The position numbers and the translations under genes are program-made. The notes beneath the pieces are model-generated. The model worked only from the letters and a program-made list of their open reading frames with translations, was not told where the DNA came from and searched no databases. From an uncultured Acidobacteriota bacterium (GTDB lineage Bacteria > Acidobacteriota > Thermoanaerobaculia > Multivoradales > SZUA-115), in assembly GCA_963805975.1 (NCBI GenBank), contig CAWDVR010000005.1:32001-96000 (forward strand): a stretch of DNA of 64,000 nucleotides, written 5' to 3'. This document shows positions 31,816 to 41,696 of this stretch, piece by piece; position 1 is the first letter of the stretch; each line of letters opens with the position of its first letter.

Positions 31816-32282
31816 GCGCCGGGGCGGGCAGCGCGCCGGGGAGTAGCCTGGTTCGCGAGCTCCCGGTTTCCGTCGAGCGGGCGCGCGCGGCCGTGACCGA
31901 GGCCGCCGAGCGCTGGGGCGCGGACTGGGACCCCGAGACGGGCACGATCTCGCTGCCGCTCGCGGCCGGCCTGCGCGTCGGCGTGGGCCGTGGCTCGCTC
32001 GCCGTCGAGCCGCGGGGCAACGGCTCACACGTCCGCCTCGCGATCACGGAGCAGACCTACTGGGTGCGCTGGAACGCGGTCGTGGTGCTGCTCCTCGCCG
32101 CGGCCGGCGGTGTCGTCTGCGGGCTCTGGCCCTTCCTGCCCCGGCTCCTGCCCTGGGCGCCCTTCGGCGCGGTGCTCGCTCTCCTGGGCTGGTTCCTGGT
32201 GGTCTCGAGGCTGGTGACCAACAGCCCGGGGGAGTTTCTCGACACCATGGCGGAGCTCTCGCAGGAAGAGGCGCCGGCCTGA
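31812..32282 (+). CDS. Hypothetical membrane protein
   Basis: TTG start overlaps dusB stop; two C-terminal TM helices. Confidence 0.6.
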   Translation: MSAGAGSAPGSSLVRELPVSVERARAAVTEAAERWGADWDPETGTISLPLAAGLRVGVGRGSLAVEPRGNGSHVRLAITEQTYWVRWNAVVVLLLAAAGGVVCGLWPFLPRLLPWAPFGAVLALLGWFLVVSRLVTNSPGEFLDTMAELSQEEAPA

Positions 32283-32285
32283 AAT

Positions 32286-32314
32286 TTGAGCGCGCCCCTC
32301 GGTGTTGCTAAGCT
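32286..32314 (+). promoter_or_regulatory. Sigma70-type promoter for tmRNA
   Basis: TTGAGC-17bp-TAAGCT with TGn extension. Confidence 0.6.
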
Positions 32315-32378
32315 GCGGCCGTAAGGCTGGCCCACAAGGCTGACTAGGTCCGGCTCGACAGGTTCTTTCACAATCGAT

Positions 32379-32737
32379 GGGGGCGTACCGGTTTCGACGG
32401 GGAACAGGCGGGGCGAAGGCTGCGTGTCGAGTTTCGGCTCGTAACAACCGAAACCAAAGCACAACTGCCAACGACAACTTGGCCCTCGCGGCTTAAGAAC
32501 TAAGCGGCGACGTGCCGCCGCGAAGTGTGATTCGCGGCTTGCGGCGGCATGCAACCCTACGCGAATCAGAGGACGTGGATCGCTCCGCGCCACGTCCTGA
32601 CACCTAGCGGAGATAGCTGTGGCAGCGGGTGCCTTCTTCCCCGCGGCCGACGGCGAAACTAAAGAAGAAGGCTACACATGTAGACGCTTTCGTGACGCGT
32701 TTCTCGGACGTGGGTTCAATTCCCACCGCCTCCACCA
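32379..32737 (+). ncRNA. ssrA: tmRNA, tag (A)ANDNLALAA
   Basis: 5' GGGGGCG...GGTTTCGAC; tag ORF 32467-32496; 3' GGGTTCAATTCCCACCGCCTCCACCA with G-U acceptor stem. Confidence 0.96.
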
Positions 32738-33786
32738 CCCTTCACCAACAAGCTCTTCTCATAGGGCGGCAGGAGCACGCCGGCCTCGGTGACGATCGCC
32801 GCGATCAGCTCGTGCGGCGTGACGTCGAAGGCGAGGTTCAGAGCGCGCGCGCCTTCCGGCGTGATCCTGCGGCCGGCGAGCCGCGTGACCTCCTCTTCCG
32901 CACGCTCCTCGATCGGGATCTCGGCGCCGCTCGCCGTCGCGAGATCCACCGTCGACAGCGGTGCCGCCACGTAGAACGGAATGCCGTGCCGGGCGGCGAG
33001 CACCGCCACCGTGTAAGTGCCGATCTTGTTCGCGGTGTCGCCGTTGGCGGCGATACGATCCGCGCCCACCACCACCCGATCCACCCTCCCGGCTGCCATC
33101 AGTGCCCCGGCGCTCGAGTCCGTGATCACCTGGAAGGGCACGCCCAGCCGCTGGAGCTCCCAGGCCGTCAAGCGCGCACCCTGGAGCAGCGGGCGCGTCT
33201 CGTCCACCCACACGTGGGCCACGGCACCGCGCCGCCAGGCGGCGTGGATCACGCCGAGAGCGGTGCCGATGCCGGCGGTGGCGAGCGCGCCGGTGTTGCA
33301 GTGGGTGAGCACGCGGTCGCCGCTCGCGAACAGCCGGGCGCCGTGCTCGCCGAGGGCGCGGTTGGCTGTCACGTCCTGGCGGTGGAGATCCTCGGCCCAG
33401 GCGAGGAGCGCCGCCCGCGTCGCCGCGACGCCTTCGCTTCGAGCCGCCTCGAAGACCGCGCGCCCGCGGTCGAGCGCCCAGCGGAGGTTGACAGCGGTGG
33501 GCCGCGTCGCGGCGAGCAGCGCCGCCCCCGCCTCGAAGCGCGCCTCGAGATCCTCGCTGCCGCCGGCCCCGGACACCGCCAGCACCAGGCCGTAGGCCGC
33601 CGCCACGCCGATCGCCGGCGCTCCGCGCACCGCCAGGCGACGGATCGCAGCGCCCACCTGCTCCGGATCTCGGCAAGAGATCCAGACCTCCTCGGCCGGC
33701 AGAAGGGTCTGGTCGAGCAGCCGCAGGGCGCCGTCGCGCCAGACGAGGGGTGAGAGCTCGGCGGCGGAATCGGTGGCCGTGCTCAT
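32716..33786 (-). CDS. mtnA: Methylthioribose-1-phosphate isomerase
   Basis: LLDQTLLP, VRGAPAIG, RPTAVNL, THCNTGALAT, NGDTANKIGTY, FDVTP. Confidence 0.95.
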   Translation of the reverse strand: MSTATDSAAELSPLVWRDGALRLLDQTLLPAEEVWISCRDPEQVGAAIRRLAVRGAPAIGVAAAYGLVLAVSGAGGSEDLEARFEAGAALLAATRPTAVNLRWALDRGRAVFEAARSEGVAATRAALLAWAEDLHRQDVTANRALGEHGARLFASGDRVLTHCNTGALATAGIGTALGVIHAAWRRGAVAHVWVDETRPLLQGARLTAWELQRLGVPFQVITDSSAGALMAAGRVDRVVVGADRIAANGDTANKIGTYTVAVLAARHGIPFYVAAPLSTVDLATASGAEIPIEERAEEEVTRLAGRRITPEGARALNLAFDVTPHELIAAIVTEAGVLLPPYEKSLLVKGGGGGGN

Positions 33787-33872
33787 GGGACTGGGCTCAT
33801 CAGGGACACCTCCCGGAGACACCCCATGCTACGGCAAGCTAGAATCCGCCGGTTCATCTTGAGGGAGGACGC

Positions 33873-35033
33873 GTGAAAGGAAACCCCAGCCGCATGCGCT
33901 TCGCGACCCGTGCCATCCATGCCGGCCAGCCGCCGGAGGCGGTCACCGGGTCGGTGGCGACACCTATTTTTCAGACCTCGACCTACGTCCAGCCGGAGTT
34001 CGGGCGCCACACCGGCTACGAGTACGCACGCGTCCAGAACCCGACCCGCGAGGCGCTGGAGGCCAACGTCGCCTCGCTCGAGGGCGGCGCCTCCGGCCAC
34101 GCCTTCGCCTCCGGCATGGCCGCCACCTCGGCGATCCTCACCCTGGTCGGCAGCGGCCAGCGGGTGGTGGCCTCGCGCACCGTCTACGGCGGCACCTACC
34201 GCTACTTCACGCGCGTCCTCGACCGCACGGGGATCGACTTCGTGTGGGTGGACACGACCGACCTCGCCGCGGTCGAGGCGGCGACCACCGACGCCACCCG
34301 CCTGGTCTTCGTCGAGACCCCCACCAACCCGCTGATGGAGGTCACCGACCTCGCCGCCGTCGCCGAGATCGCCCACCGCCGCGGCGCGCTCCTGGTGGTC
34401 GACAACACTTTCATGAGCCCCTTCTACCAGCGGCCGATCGAGCTCGGCGCGGACCTGGTCATGCACTCGGCCACCAAGTTCCTCAACGGTCACAGCGACT
34501 CGGTCGGCGGACTGGCGGTCGCGGCCCGCGCCGAGGAAGGGGAGTGGCTCAAGTTCGTGCAGAAGTCGGCCGGCGCCATCCTCGGGCCGTTCGACTGCTT
34601 CTTGGTGATGCGCGGCATCAAGACCCTCGCGGTGCGCATGCCGCGGCACGAGGAGAACGCGCGCGCCTTGGCCGAGTACCTCGCCCGCCATCCCAAGGTG
34701 AAGCGGGTGCTCTATCCGGGACTCGCCAGCCATCCCGGGCACGAGATCCACAAGCGCCAGGCCACGGGCTTCGGCGCCGTGATCACCTTCGACCTCGGCA
34801 ACCTCGAGGCCGTGGGCGCATTCCTGAACCGGCTGGAGCTGCTCTATCTGGCGGAGAGCCTGGGCGGCGTCGAGACGCTGATCTCGCACCCGGCCTCGAT
34901 GACGCACGCTTCCGTGCCGCCCGAGCAGAGGGCGGTCTCCGGCATCACGGACGGCCTGGTGCGGGTGTCGGTGGGGATCGAGGAGATCGACGACTTGATC
35001 GCGGACGTCGAGCAGGCGCTGGCCTATTCGTAG
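33873..35033 (+). CDS. Cystathionine gamma-synthase/lyase family PLP enzyme
   Basis: PIFQTSTY, YARVQNPTR, ETPTNP, VDNTF, HSATKFLNGHSD, AESLGGVE. Confidence 0.92.
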   Translation: MKGNPSRMRFATRAIHAGQPPEAVTGSVATPIFQTSTYVQPEFGRHTGYEYARVQNPTREALEANVASLEGGASGHAFASGMAATSAILTLVGSGQRVVASRTVYGGTYRYFTRVLDRTGIDFVWVDTTDLAAVEAATTDATRLVFVETPTNPLMEVTDLAAVAEIAHRRGALLVVDNTFMSPFYQRPIELGADLVMHSATKFLNGHSDSVGGLAVAARAEEGEWLKFVQKSAGAILGPFDCFLVMRGIKTLAVRMPRHEENARALAEYLARHPKVKRVLYPGLASHPGHEIHKRQATGFGAVITFDLGNLEAVGAFLNRLELLYLAESLGGVETLISHPASMTHASVPPEQRAVSGITDGLVRVSVGIEEIDDLIADVEQALAYS

Positions 35034-35395
35034 GCCAGCTCTTCCTCGTCTTCGTCGTCCTCGTCGTCGAACTGGGCGTCCTTGTCCACACAGTCCTCGA
35101 TCCAGCCGAGGAAGCTCTTGTCGCCCTTGGCCACACTGAAGGAGAGGATCTCGGGAAGCTCGTAGCTGTGCAGCTCGCGGATCGTGGCGGCGACCGCCTC
35201 GAACTCCGACTCCGCGGTCTTCACCACCAGCATGAGCTCATGGTCCTTGCAGATCTTGCCCTTCCAGCGGTAGATCGAGCGCACGGCCGGCAGCACATTG
35301 ACGCAGGCCGCCTGCCGGCGTGCCACTAGCTCGCGCGCGATCGAATAGGCCTGATCCTCGTTGCCGACGGTGGTGACCACACAGATCGCGCGCAT
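35024..35395 (-). CDS. cutA: Divalent-cation tolerance protein CutA
   Basis: AACVN, SIYRWKG, HSYELPEI. Confidence 0.9.
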   Translation of the reverse strand: MRAICVVTTVGNEDQAYSIARELVARRQAACVNVLPAVRSIYRWKGKICKDHELMLVVKTAESEFEAVAATIRELHSYELPEILSFSVAKGDKSFLGWIEDCVDKDAQFDDEDDEDEEELAYE

Positions 35396-35435
35396 CGCTC
35401 GACGTTACTCCAGGCCGCGAGGGCAGTCAAACTCT

Positions 35436-36038
35436 CTACTTTCGCCGCCATCTCTCTTCCTCGCGGTCGTAGACCAGGATGCGCACGCGGCCCGTGCGGT
35501 TGACAACCCGCACCGCCACGAGCTCTTCGCGCCGGTCGGTCAGGTAGACCGTGCCGGGCGTGGCCGTGCCGAGGTTCGAGAACGAAGCGATGTCCGACTG
35601 GTTGAAGCGGATGGGATCGTCCAGACGGGTGAGCCGCCGGTGCGGGTCGCTGGGATCGACGGGGGCCGGTGGTGGCGGGAAGCCGAAGCCAACGCCGGGG
35701 CCGAGCGCCGAGAGGCGCCGCGGCAGGCCGATCGCCGGGTCGGTGCCGGCGGCGATGTCGGCGGAGAGCACGCCGTCCCCGTCGCCGTCCTGGTAGAGAG
35801 TGAAGGTGACGCTCTCGTCCGCCGCGGTACGGAACTTGATCCCGACGTTGGCGCTCATCCTGACCGCCGTGTGTCGCGCGAGCTGTAGCGCCCCGGCGAG
35901 CTCCGAGGCGCCGAGCAGCACGCGCTGCTCTGCCGTGCTGCCGAACAGGTTCGGCACCGTGAGGGCCGCGGCGAGGCCGAGGATGGCGACGACAATAGTG
36001 AGCTCGGTGAACTGAAAACCCTGTTGGTGGTGTCTCAT
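35436..36038 (-). CDS. GspH/FimT-like pseudopilin
   Basis: Class III signal QG/FQFTELTIVVAILG; C-terminal VVNRTGRVR. Confidence 0.75.
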   Translation of the reverse strand: MRHHQQGFQFTELTIVVAILGLAAALTVPNLFGSTAEQRVLLGASELAGALQLARHTAVRMSANVGIKFRTAADESVTFTLYQDGDGDGVLSADIAAGTDPAIGLPRRLSALGPGVGFGFPPPPAPVDPSDPHRRLTRLDDPIRFNQSDIASFSNLGTATPGTVYLTDRREELVAVRVVNRTGRVRILVYDREEERWRRK

Positions 36039-36115
36039 GGCGGAGAGCTCCGTGGGAGGGAGGGCGAGGCGAGGTGGCGAGGACCGCTCCTCGCCACCTC
36101 GAGCTCGCGCGCTGC

Positions 36116-36457
36116 CTAGCCCTCGGCTTGCCCCTCCGTCTTGCGGGTGGCGCGGACCTTCACGGTCAGGGTGGTGGGGCCGGAGACCGTCACGTAGGGA
36201 GCGATCAGCTCGAAAGTCTTCTCGCCGATGCCACGCACCAGCATCAGCTCCTCGGGCTTCTTGAACTGGCCGCTCTTCTCGCGGTGCTCGATGATGCGCA
36301 GTGCCACCGCCGGGCCGACCCGCGGCAGGAGGGCGAGCTGCTCGCCGCTCGCGGTGTTCAAGTTGACCTTCCCGGAGTCGGCCGCCATCGCGGGCAGCGA
36401 AAGGATGGCGAGCGAGAGGGCGACAAGAGCGGCGACGAAACGGTGCGAGTGCTTCAT
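36116..36457 (-). CDS. ComEA family helix-hairpin-helix DNA-binding protein
   Basis: Signal peptide; VNLNTAS, LPRVGP, VRGIGEK. Confidence 0.88.
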   Translation of the reverse strand: MKHSHRFVAALVALSLAILSLPAMAADSGKVNLNTASGEQLALLPRVGPAVALRIIEHREKSGQFKKPEELMLVRGIGEKTFELIAPYVTVSGPTTLTVKVRATRKTEGQAEG

Positions 36458-36883
36458 GGTTTTCTCCTTGATCTGGGTCGAACAGTGGGTTTGGGTTTTT
36501 CGATCGAACAGTGGGCCCCGAAGGGCCCGGGTTCCTTACCGTCTTTCCTGTTGTCGATTGGGCCGTGTCTGCTGCGCCACCTCCTTTCTCCGGTTGACGT
36601 TCGGCAGACCCCTAGTCCAAAGCCGGTGCCAGGCGTGCCAGATAGAGCTAACTATCTGAGGAGAAACGACTTGCCGGGTCTTTCACGGCAGAGGGTTCCA
36701 GCGGCGATGTCAAGCGATTGCGCGCTCGACCGCCGCCAGAGGGCGCGGCAAGGCGAGAAAACGGGCTGGGAGAGAGCTGAGGGCGGAGGGAAAGAAATTT
36801 TGACGAGCGCGCAATCCCTTGACACCCGCCAGGGACGCACGCCCCTAGGCGGGTTCTCGGGGGCTGAGGTACATTACGCGCCC

Positions 36884-37591
36884 ATGGACGAGGGCAAGGG
36901 GAAGGTTCGCGAGACGATCGAGGCGCTGTTGATCGCCGTGATCTTCCTGCGCTTCGCCAACACCTTCGTCGCCCAGACCTTCTACATCCCGAGCGGCTCG
37001 ATGGAGGAGACGCTACAGGTGGGCGACCATCTGTTCGTCAACCGTTTCATCTTCGGCCAGGAGGGCTTTCTCGGCGACAATCCGCTGGTTCCTGCCCGGG
37101 CGGTACAACGTGGTGACGTGGTGGTCTTCCGCTCGGTCGAGGATCCGACCGTGGACGTGGTCAAGCGCTGCGTCGGTCTGCCGGGCGACAAGGTACGGAT
37201 CGAGGACAAACAGCTCTACCTGAACGGGCAGCGTGTGGACGACGACGCCTATGCGATCCACAAGCTGGCGGGCGAGCAGGGGGGCCAGTCCCAGCTCCAG
37301 ATCAGAGCCTACGTCCGCAGGCGCGACAACTTCGGGCCGGTCGAGGTGCCCGGCGGCCATTACTTCTGCATGGGCGACAACCGCGACAACTCCCACGACT
37401 CGCGATTTTGGGGCTTCCTGCCGGCGCACCTCATCAAGGGGCGCGCCTTCTTCGTCTACTGGTCGTACGGCGGCGGCACGCCGGACGGCAGGTGGCGCGG
37501 TTGGGGCCCCAAGCTCGCACAGCTCGGCCGCACGGCCGCTGGTTTCTTCACCAAGACGCGCTGGGATCGAACCTTCCTCCTGGTCCGTTGA
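36884..37591 (+). CDS. lepB: Signal peptidase I
   Basis: IPSGSM (Ser), VVKRCVG (Lys), MGDNRDNSHDSR. Confidence 0.93.
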   Translation: MDEGKGKVRETIEALLIAVIFLRFANTFVAQTFYIPSGSMEETLQVGDHLFVNRFIFGQEGFLGDNPLVPARAVQRGDVVVFRSVEDPTVDVVKRCVGLPGDKVRIEDKQLYLNGQRVDDDAYAIHKLAGEQGGQSQLQIRAYVRRRDNFGPVEVPGGHYFCMGDNRDNSHDSRFWGFLPAHLIKGRAFFVYWSYGGGTPDGRWRGWGPKLAQLGRTAAGFFTKTRWDRTFLLVR

Positions 37592-38241
37592 TGGCTCCGC
37601 CGGGAGGTGCCGGCGCGGGCGGGGCGGGGCGCCGGGTGCTGCCGGTCCTCCTGACCGCGTTGGTGCTGGCCGTTTTTACCCGCACTTTCGTACTGCAGGG
37701 CTTTCGCATTCCGAGCTCCTCGATGGCGCCGGGTCTCCTGGCCGGCGACCACGTTCTAGTCGACAAATTCATCTTCGGCGCCTCGGCTTCTGCGCTCGCC
37801 GCGCGGCTCCTCCCCTTGCGGCCGATCCGGCGCGGCGACGTGGTGGTCTTCAAGCTCCCGGCCGAGCCGCGGCGCGCCTTCGTCAAGCGCTGTGTGGGGC
37901 TGCCCGGCGACACGATCGAGATCCGCGACCGGCTGCTGTGGCTGAACGGCCGGCCGGTGGACGAGAGGGGCTATCTCTCGCCCGCGAGCGGAGCTCCGCC
38001 CGGCGACCGCCGGCGGCCGCGCGACGACTTCGGCCCGCTGACCGTGCCTCTGCGCCAGTACTTCTGCCTGGGTGACAACCGGAACGACTCGGACGACTCG
38101 CGGTTCTTCGGCACGGTGCCGGCGAGCTACGTCCAGGGCCGGGTGGTGCTGGTCTACGCGTCGGTTGCGACCGGGGAGAGGGGCCGGCATGGCCTCTTCA
38201 CCCGCCTCCGCTGGCAGCGGATCGGAAGGCTGGTGCGCTGA
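37591..38241 (+). CDS. lepB: Signal peptidase I, second tandem copy
   Basis: IPSSSM, FVKRCVG, LGDNRNDSDDSR. Confidence 0.9.
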   Translation: MAPPGGAGAGGAGRRVLPVLLTALVLAVFTRTFVLQGFRIPSSSMAPGLLAGDHVLVDKFIFGASASALAARLLPLRPIRRGDVVVFKLPAEPRRAFVKRCVGLPGDTIEIRDRLLWLNGRPVDERGYLSPASGAPPGDRRRPRDDFGPLTVPLRQYFCLGDNRNDSDDSRFFGTVPASYVQGRVVLVYASVATGERGRHGLFTRLRWQRIGRLVR

Positions 38242-38290
38242 GGGCACGGCGGCGGTAGACTAAGGGCTCTTGATCCGAGGAGGTCCGGCG

Positions 38291-38659
38291 ATGCGCAGTC
38301 GATCTGGCCAGCGAGGCGATGGCAATGTGGGTTGCTTCTTCTGGTTGCTGGTCCTGGTCGTCGTCGGCATGATTCTGTGGAAGGCGGTGCCGGTCAAGAT
38401 CGCGACCGCGGAGCTCTACGACTACTCCCTCGAGCTCACCAAGTTCAGCGCCAAGGCTTCGCAGGAAGAGCTCCGGCGCCGCATTCTCGAGAAGGCCAAG
38501 GAGCTGAACCTGCCGCTCAACCCCAAGCAGGTCGAGATCGTGAAGAGCAGGGAACGGATCCGCATCCACCTGAACTACATGGTTCCCCTCGACTTCCCGG
38601 GCTACACCTACGAATGGAAGATCGAGGACGAGATCGACCGCCCGATCTTCTACATCTAG
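38291..38659 (+). CDS. Small membrane-anchored protein (DUF4845-like position and shape)
   Basis: GAGGAGG RBS, SQRG + TM helix, downstream of lepB. Confidence 0.6.
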   Translation: MRSRSGQRGDGNVGCFFWLLVLVVVGMILWKAVPVKIATAELYDYSLELTKFSAKASQEELRRRILEKAKELNLPLNPKQVEIVKSRERIRIHLNYMVPLDFPGYTYEWKIEDEIDRPIFYI

Positions 38660-38684
38660 CGCCGGGCGAGCTCCGGGCCGATCC

Positions 38685-40439
38685 GTGACGCTCCTCGGGC
38701 GCTGGCGGGTCCCCAACGGCTGGCTGATCGCCGCCGCCTGCTTCGCGCCGGGGGCGATCCTCGGCCTGCTCTTCGCTCAGCTCCTCTTCTTCCTCAACCC
38801 GCACCTGCCGCTCGCGGCACCGACCATCGCGCGGGCGATGGTCGCCTACGGCGGGACCGGGGGCCTGGCTAGCCTCCTGCTCCTGGCTGCCGCGAGCGGT
38901 GGCCGGCGGCGGCGGGCGGCGAGGCTCCTGCCCTGGGCGCTCACGGTGGCGCTGGTGCTGGCGGCGGTGCTGGGATGGGTGCTGCCCTCGTACTTCGCCT
39001 ACTACCTACCTCCCGGCATCAACGAGCGGCTGATCAAGGCCGCGTTGTGGATCACGGCGGCGGCGGTCGTCTGCTTCTACACGGCGCTGCTCCATGCCAT
39101 CTACCGGCGGCGCTACGGCACGAACAGCCGGGTAGGCTTGGTGCTCTGCGCCTTGGTTTCCGTCCTCGCCATGGCGGAGCGCAGGGGAGCCTTTCCCCCG
39201 TCTGCCGAGACGACCTACCGGCCGACGCTCCTGGAGCACGGGGAGAGCCCGCCGCGCCTGCTGGTGATCGGCCTCGACGGCGCCACGCTCGACGCCGTGC
39301 TGCCGCTGGCCGAGCAGGGCCTGCTCCCCTTCTTCGCGCGGTTGCTCGAAGGCGGCAGCCACGGGCACCTGGCCTCGCTGGCGCCGACCCGCTCCGGGGC
39401 CGTATGGACCACGCTCGCAACCGGCAAGCTGCCCTATCGGCACGGGGTGGTGGCGAGCCGGGTGTTTCCGCAGCCCGCCCTGGGCCGGGGAGTCGAGCTC
39501 AAGCTGGTGCCGCCGTTGCCCCCGTTCTACGACTGGGCCCGGCTGGGGGTCTTCGGTCGGCTGGCCGACGGCGGCGAGCGGCGGGTGCTGGCGCTGTGGG
39601 AGATGTCGAGCCGCCTCGGCCTCGACACCGCGCTGGTCTCCTGGCCGGTGAGCAGCCCTCTTTCGGCGGAGCTCTCCGCCGGGGTCTCGGATCGCTTCTT
39701 CTCGCGGAGCCGCTTGGCCGAGGCCCTGCGGCCGGAGGACGCGCGGCCGCTCGCCCTGGGCCTGCGGGCCAGAGAGGAGGCCGAGCGAGGCAAGGAAGGC
39801 ATGACGGCGGTCGATCCGCGATTTGCGGTCGAGGTCGGGCAGGCGCTGGCCGGCGACCGGCTCCGGCTCGAGATCGCGGCCTGGACCCTGGCCGAAGAGC
39901 CGACCAAGGAGGCCGTCTTCCTCGTGCTGCCGGGGCTGCGCACGGTTTCGGCGCGCACCTTCGGCGGCTACAGCGCGGTCGAGTTCGAAGGCATTCAGCG
40001 CTCGCCGTACCTCGAAGCCGCCAGAGCTCTCGAGGCTTACTACGCTCAGCTCGATGCGCTGCTCGCGGCGTTCTGGCAGGAGCACGGCGAGGGTGCACTG
40101 CTCGCCGTCGTCTCGGCGTTCGGCACCGAGCCGGCTGCCGGCTGGCAGCGGGTGCGCGCCGAGCTCTCCGAGAGCAAGTCGCTCTCCGGCTACTTCTCGG
40201 GCGCTCCGGACGGCGTGCTGATTCTCTATGGCGAGGACGTTCGCTCCGGCGGCCGGCTGGAGAACGCGCGGCTGGTGGACGTCGTGCCGACGCTCCTCTA
40301 CGGGTTGGGCTTCCCGGTGCCCGGAGACCTCGACGGCCAAGTGCTTCGAGACGCCTTCACGCCCGACTTTCTGGCCCGCCATCCCCTGACCTTCGTATCT
40401 TCCTACGAAGCCCTCTCGGGGCCAGGCCCAAGCGATTGA
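38685..40439 (+). CDS. Membrane protein with alkaline phosphatase/phosphodiesterase-family domain
   Basis: About 5 TM helices then VIGLDGAT, WTTLATGK..HGV, DVVPTLLY, DLDGQVL. Confidence 0.8.
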   Translation: MTLLGRWRVPNGWLIAAACFAPGAILGLLFAQLLFFLNPHLPLAAPTIARAMVAYGGTGGLASLLLLAAASGGRRRRAARLLPWALTVALVLAAVLGWVLPSYFAYYLPPGINERLIKAALWITAAAVVCFYTALLHAIYRRRYGTNSRVGLVLCALVSVLAMAERRGAFPPSAETTYRPTLLEHGESPPRLLVIGLDGATLDAVLPLAEQGLLPFFARLLEGGSHGHLASLAPTRSGAVWTTLATGKLPYRHGVVASRVFPQPALGRGVELKLVPPLPPFYDWARLGVFGRLADGGERRVLALWEMSSRLGLDTALVSWPVSSPLSAELSAGVSDRFFSRSRLAEALRPEDARPLALGLRAREEAERGKEGMTAVDPRFAVEVGQALAGDRLRLEIAAWTLAEEPTKEAVFLVLPGLRTVSARTFGGYSAVEFEGIQRSPYLEAARALEAYYAQLDALLAAFWQEHGEGALLAVVSAFGTEPAAGWQRVRAELSESKSLSGYFSGAPDGVLILYGEDVRSGGRLENARLVDVVPTLLYGLGFPVPGDLDGQVLRDAFTPDFLARHPLTFVSSYEALSGPGPSD

Positions 40440-40450
40440 TTCTAAAGATC

Positions 40451-40843
40451 TTATCGGTTTCTGTCGGCGATCCTCGTCACTTCGGCACCGTCCCCGGAAC
40501 CGACCTGCATGGTGCAGCGTCCCTCGAACTGCGCCCCGTTCTCGATCACCAGCGCCGGGGTGAGGATCTCCGCGTAGACCTTGCCCGTGGGAGCGATCTG
40601 CACCTTGCGCTCCGCCTGGATCGTGCCGCGCACGGTGCCGGCGACGAAGACCTCGCCGGCGCGGATCTCGCCCTCGACCTCCCCCGCCTCGCCGATGATC
40701 AGGCTGCCATGGGAGGTCACGATGCCGTCGACCCGGCCCTCCACCCGGAAGCTGGTCTCGAACTTGAGCTCGCCCGCGAGATGGCTTCCGCGGTCGACGA
40801 AGCCGTTGAGCTCGCCGCCGGAGCTGTCCGACTTGAACTTCAT
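40451..40843 (-). CDS. Bactofilin (polymer-forming cytoskeletal protein)
   Basis: VEGRVDG, IGEAGEVEGEI, IENGAQFEGRC. Confidence 0.88.
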   Translation of the reverse strand: MKFKSDSSGGELNGFVDRGSHLAGELKFETSFRVEGRVDGIVTSHGSLIIGEAGEVEGEIRAGEVFVAGTVRGTIQAERKVQIAPTGKVYAEILTPALVIENGAQFEGRCTMQVGSGDGAEVTRIADRNR

Positions 40844-40847
40844 GCTC

Positions 40848-41696
40848 TCAACCTTTCTCCATCAGGCGGTCGTAGAGCCTCATCAGCTCTTCCTCCGAGT
40901 GAAAGCGGATGCGGATCTCGCCTCCCCGCCGGCGGCGCTGAATCTCCACCTTGGTCATCAGGCGCTGGGTGAGCTTCTCCTGGGCGGCGGCGGTGTGGGC
41001 GTCGGGAAGGGCTCGCAGCCGTTTCGGGCGCGCGGGCCTCGCGGCCGGGCCGGCGGCCATCTCCTCGAGCTGCCGCGCGGTGAGCCCTTCCTCCACCGCC
41101 CGCTGCGCCAGCCGGACCTGGGCCTCCGGGTCGTCGATCGCGAGCAGCGGCCGGGCCTGGCCCGCCGTCAACCGGCCCTCGCGCAGCAGATCCTGCACCT
41201 CGGCCTGGAGCTTGAGCAGGCGCAAGGCGTTGGCGATCGTGGCGCGGGTCTTTCCGACCTTGAGGCCGATGTCCTCCTGCGAGAGCTGGAAGTCGTCCCG
41301 CAGCATGCGGTACGCCTCGGCCTCTTCGAGCGGGTTGAGGTCGGCGCGCTGGAGGTTCTCGACCAGGGCGAGCTCCAGGAGCTCGCGGTCGCTCTCCACG
41401 CGCCGGACGACGACCGGCACCTCGGCGAGGCCGGCGCGCCGCGCCGCGCGCCAGCGGCGCTCGCCGGCCACGATGGTGTAGTGGCCGTCCGCGTCCGCGG
41501 TGACCACGATCGGCTGCACGACGCCCTGGGCGCGGATCGACTCCGTCAGCTCGGCCAAGTCCGGCTCGGCAAAGTGGCTCCGCGGCTGGCGGCGGTTGGG
41601 CTTCAGCAGGTCGATCGACAGGCTGTTGACCGCCGCCTGCGGCTCGCCGAGGAGCGCGTCGAGCCCACGGCCGAGGCCGCGCTTCTTGGTCGTCAT
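40848..41696 (-). CDS. parB: Chromosome partitioning protein ParB
   Basis: KRGLGRGLDALL, QPR, IVAGERRWRAA, ENLQRADLNPLEEA. Confidence 0.96.
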   Translation of the reverse strand: MTTKKRGLGRGLDALLGEPQAAVNSLSIDLLKPNRRQPRSHFAEPDLAELTESIRAQGVVQPIVVTADADGHYTIVAGERRWRAARRAGLAEVPVVVRRVESDRELLELALVENLQRADLNPLEEAEAYRMLRDDFQLSQEDIGLKVGKTRATIANALRLLKLQAEVQDLLREGRLTAGQARPLLAIDDPEAQVRLAQRAVEEGLTARQLEEMAAGPAARPARPKRLRALPDAHTAAAQEKLTQRLMTKVEIQRRRRGGEIRIRFHSEEELMRLYDRLMEKG

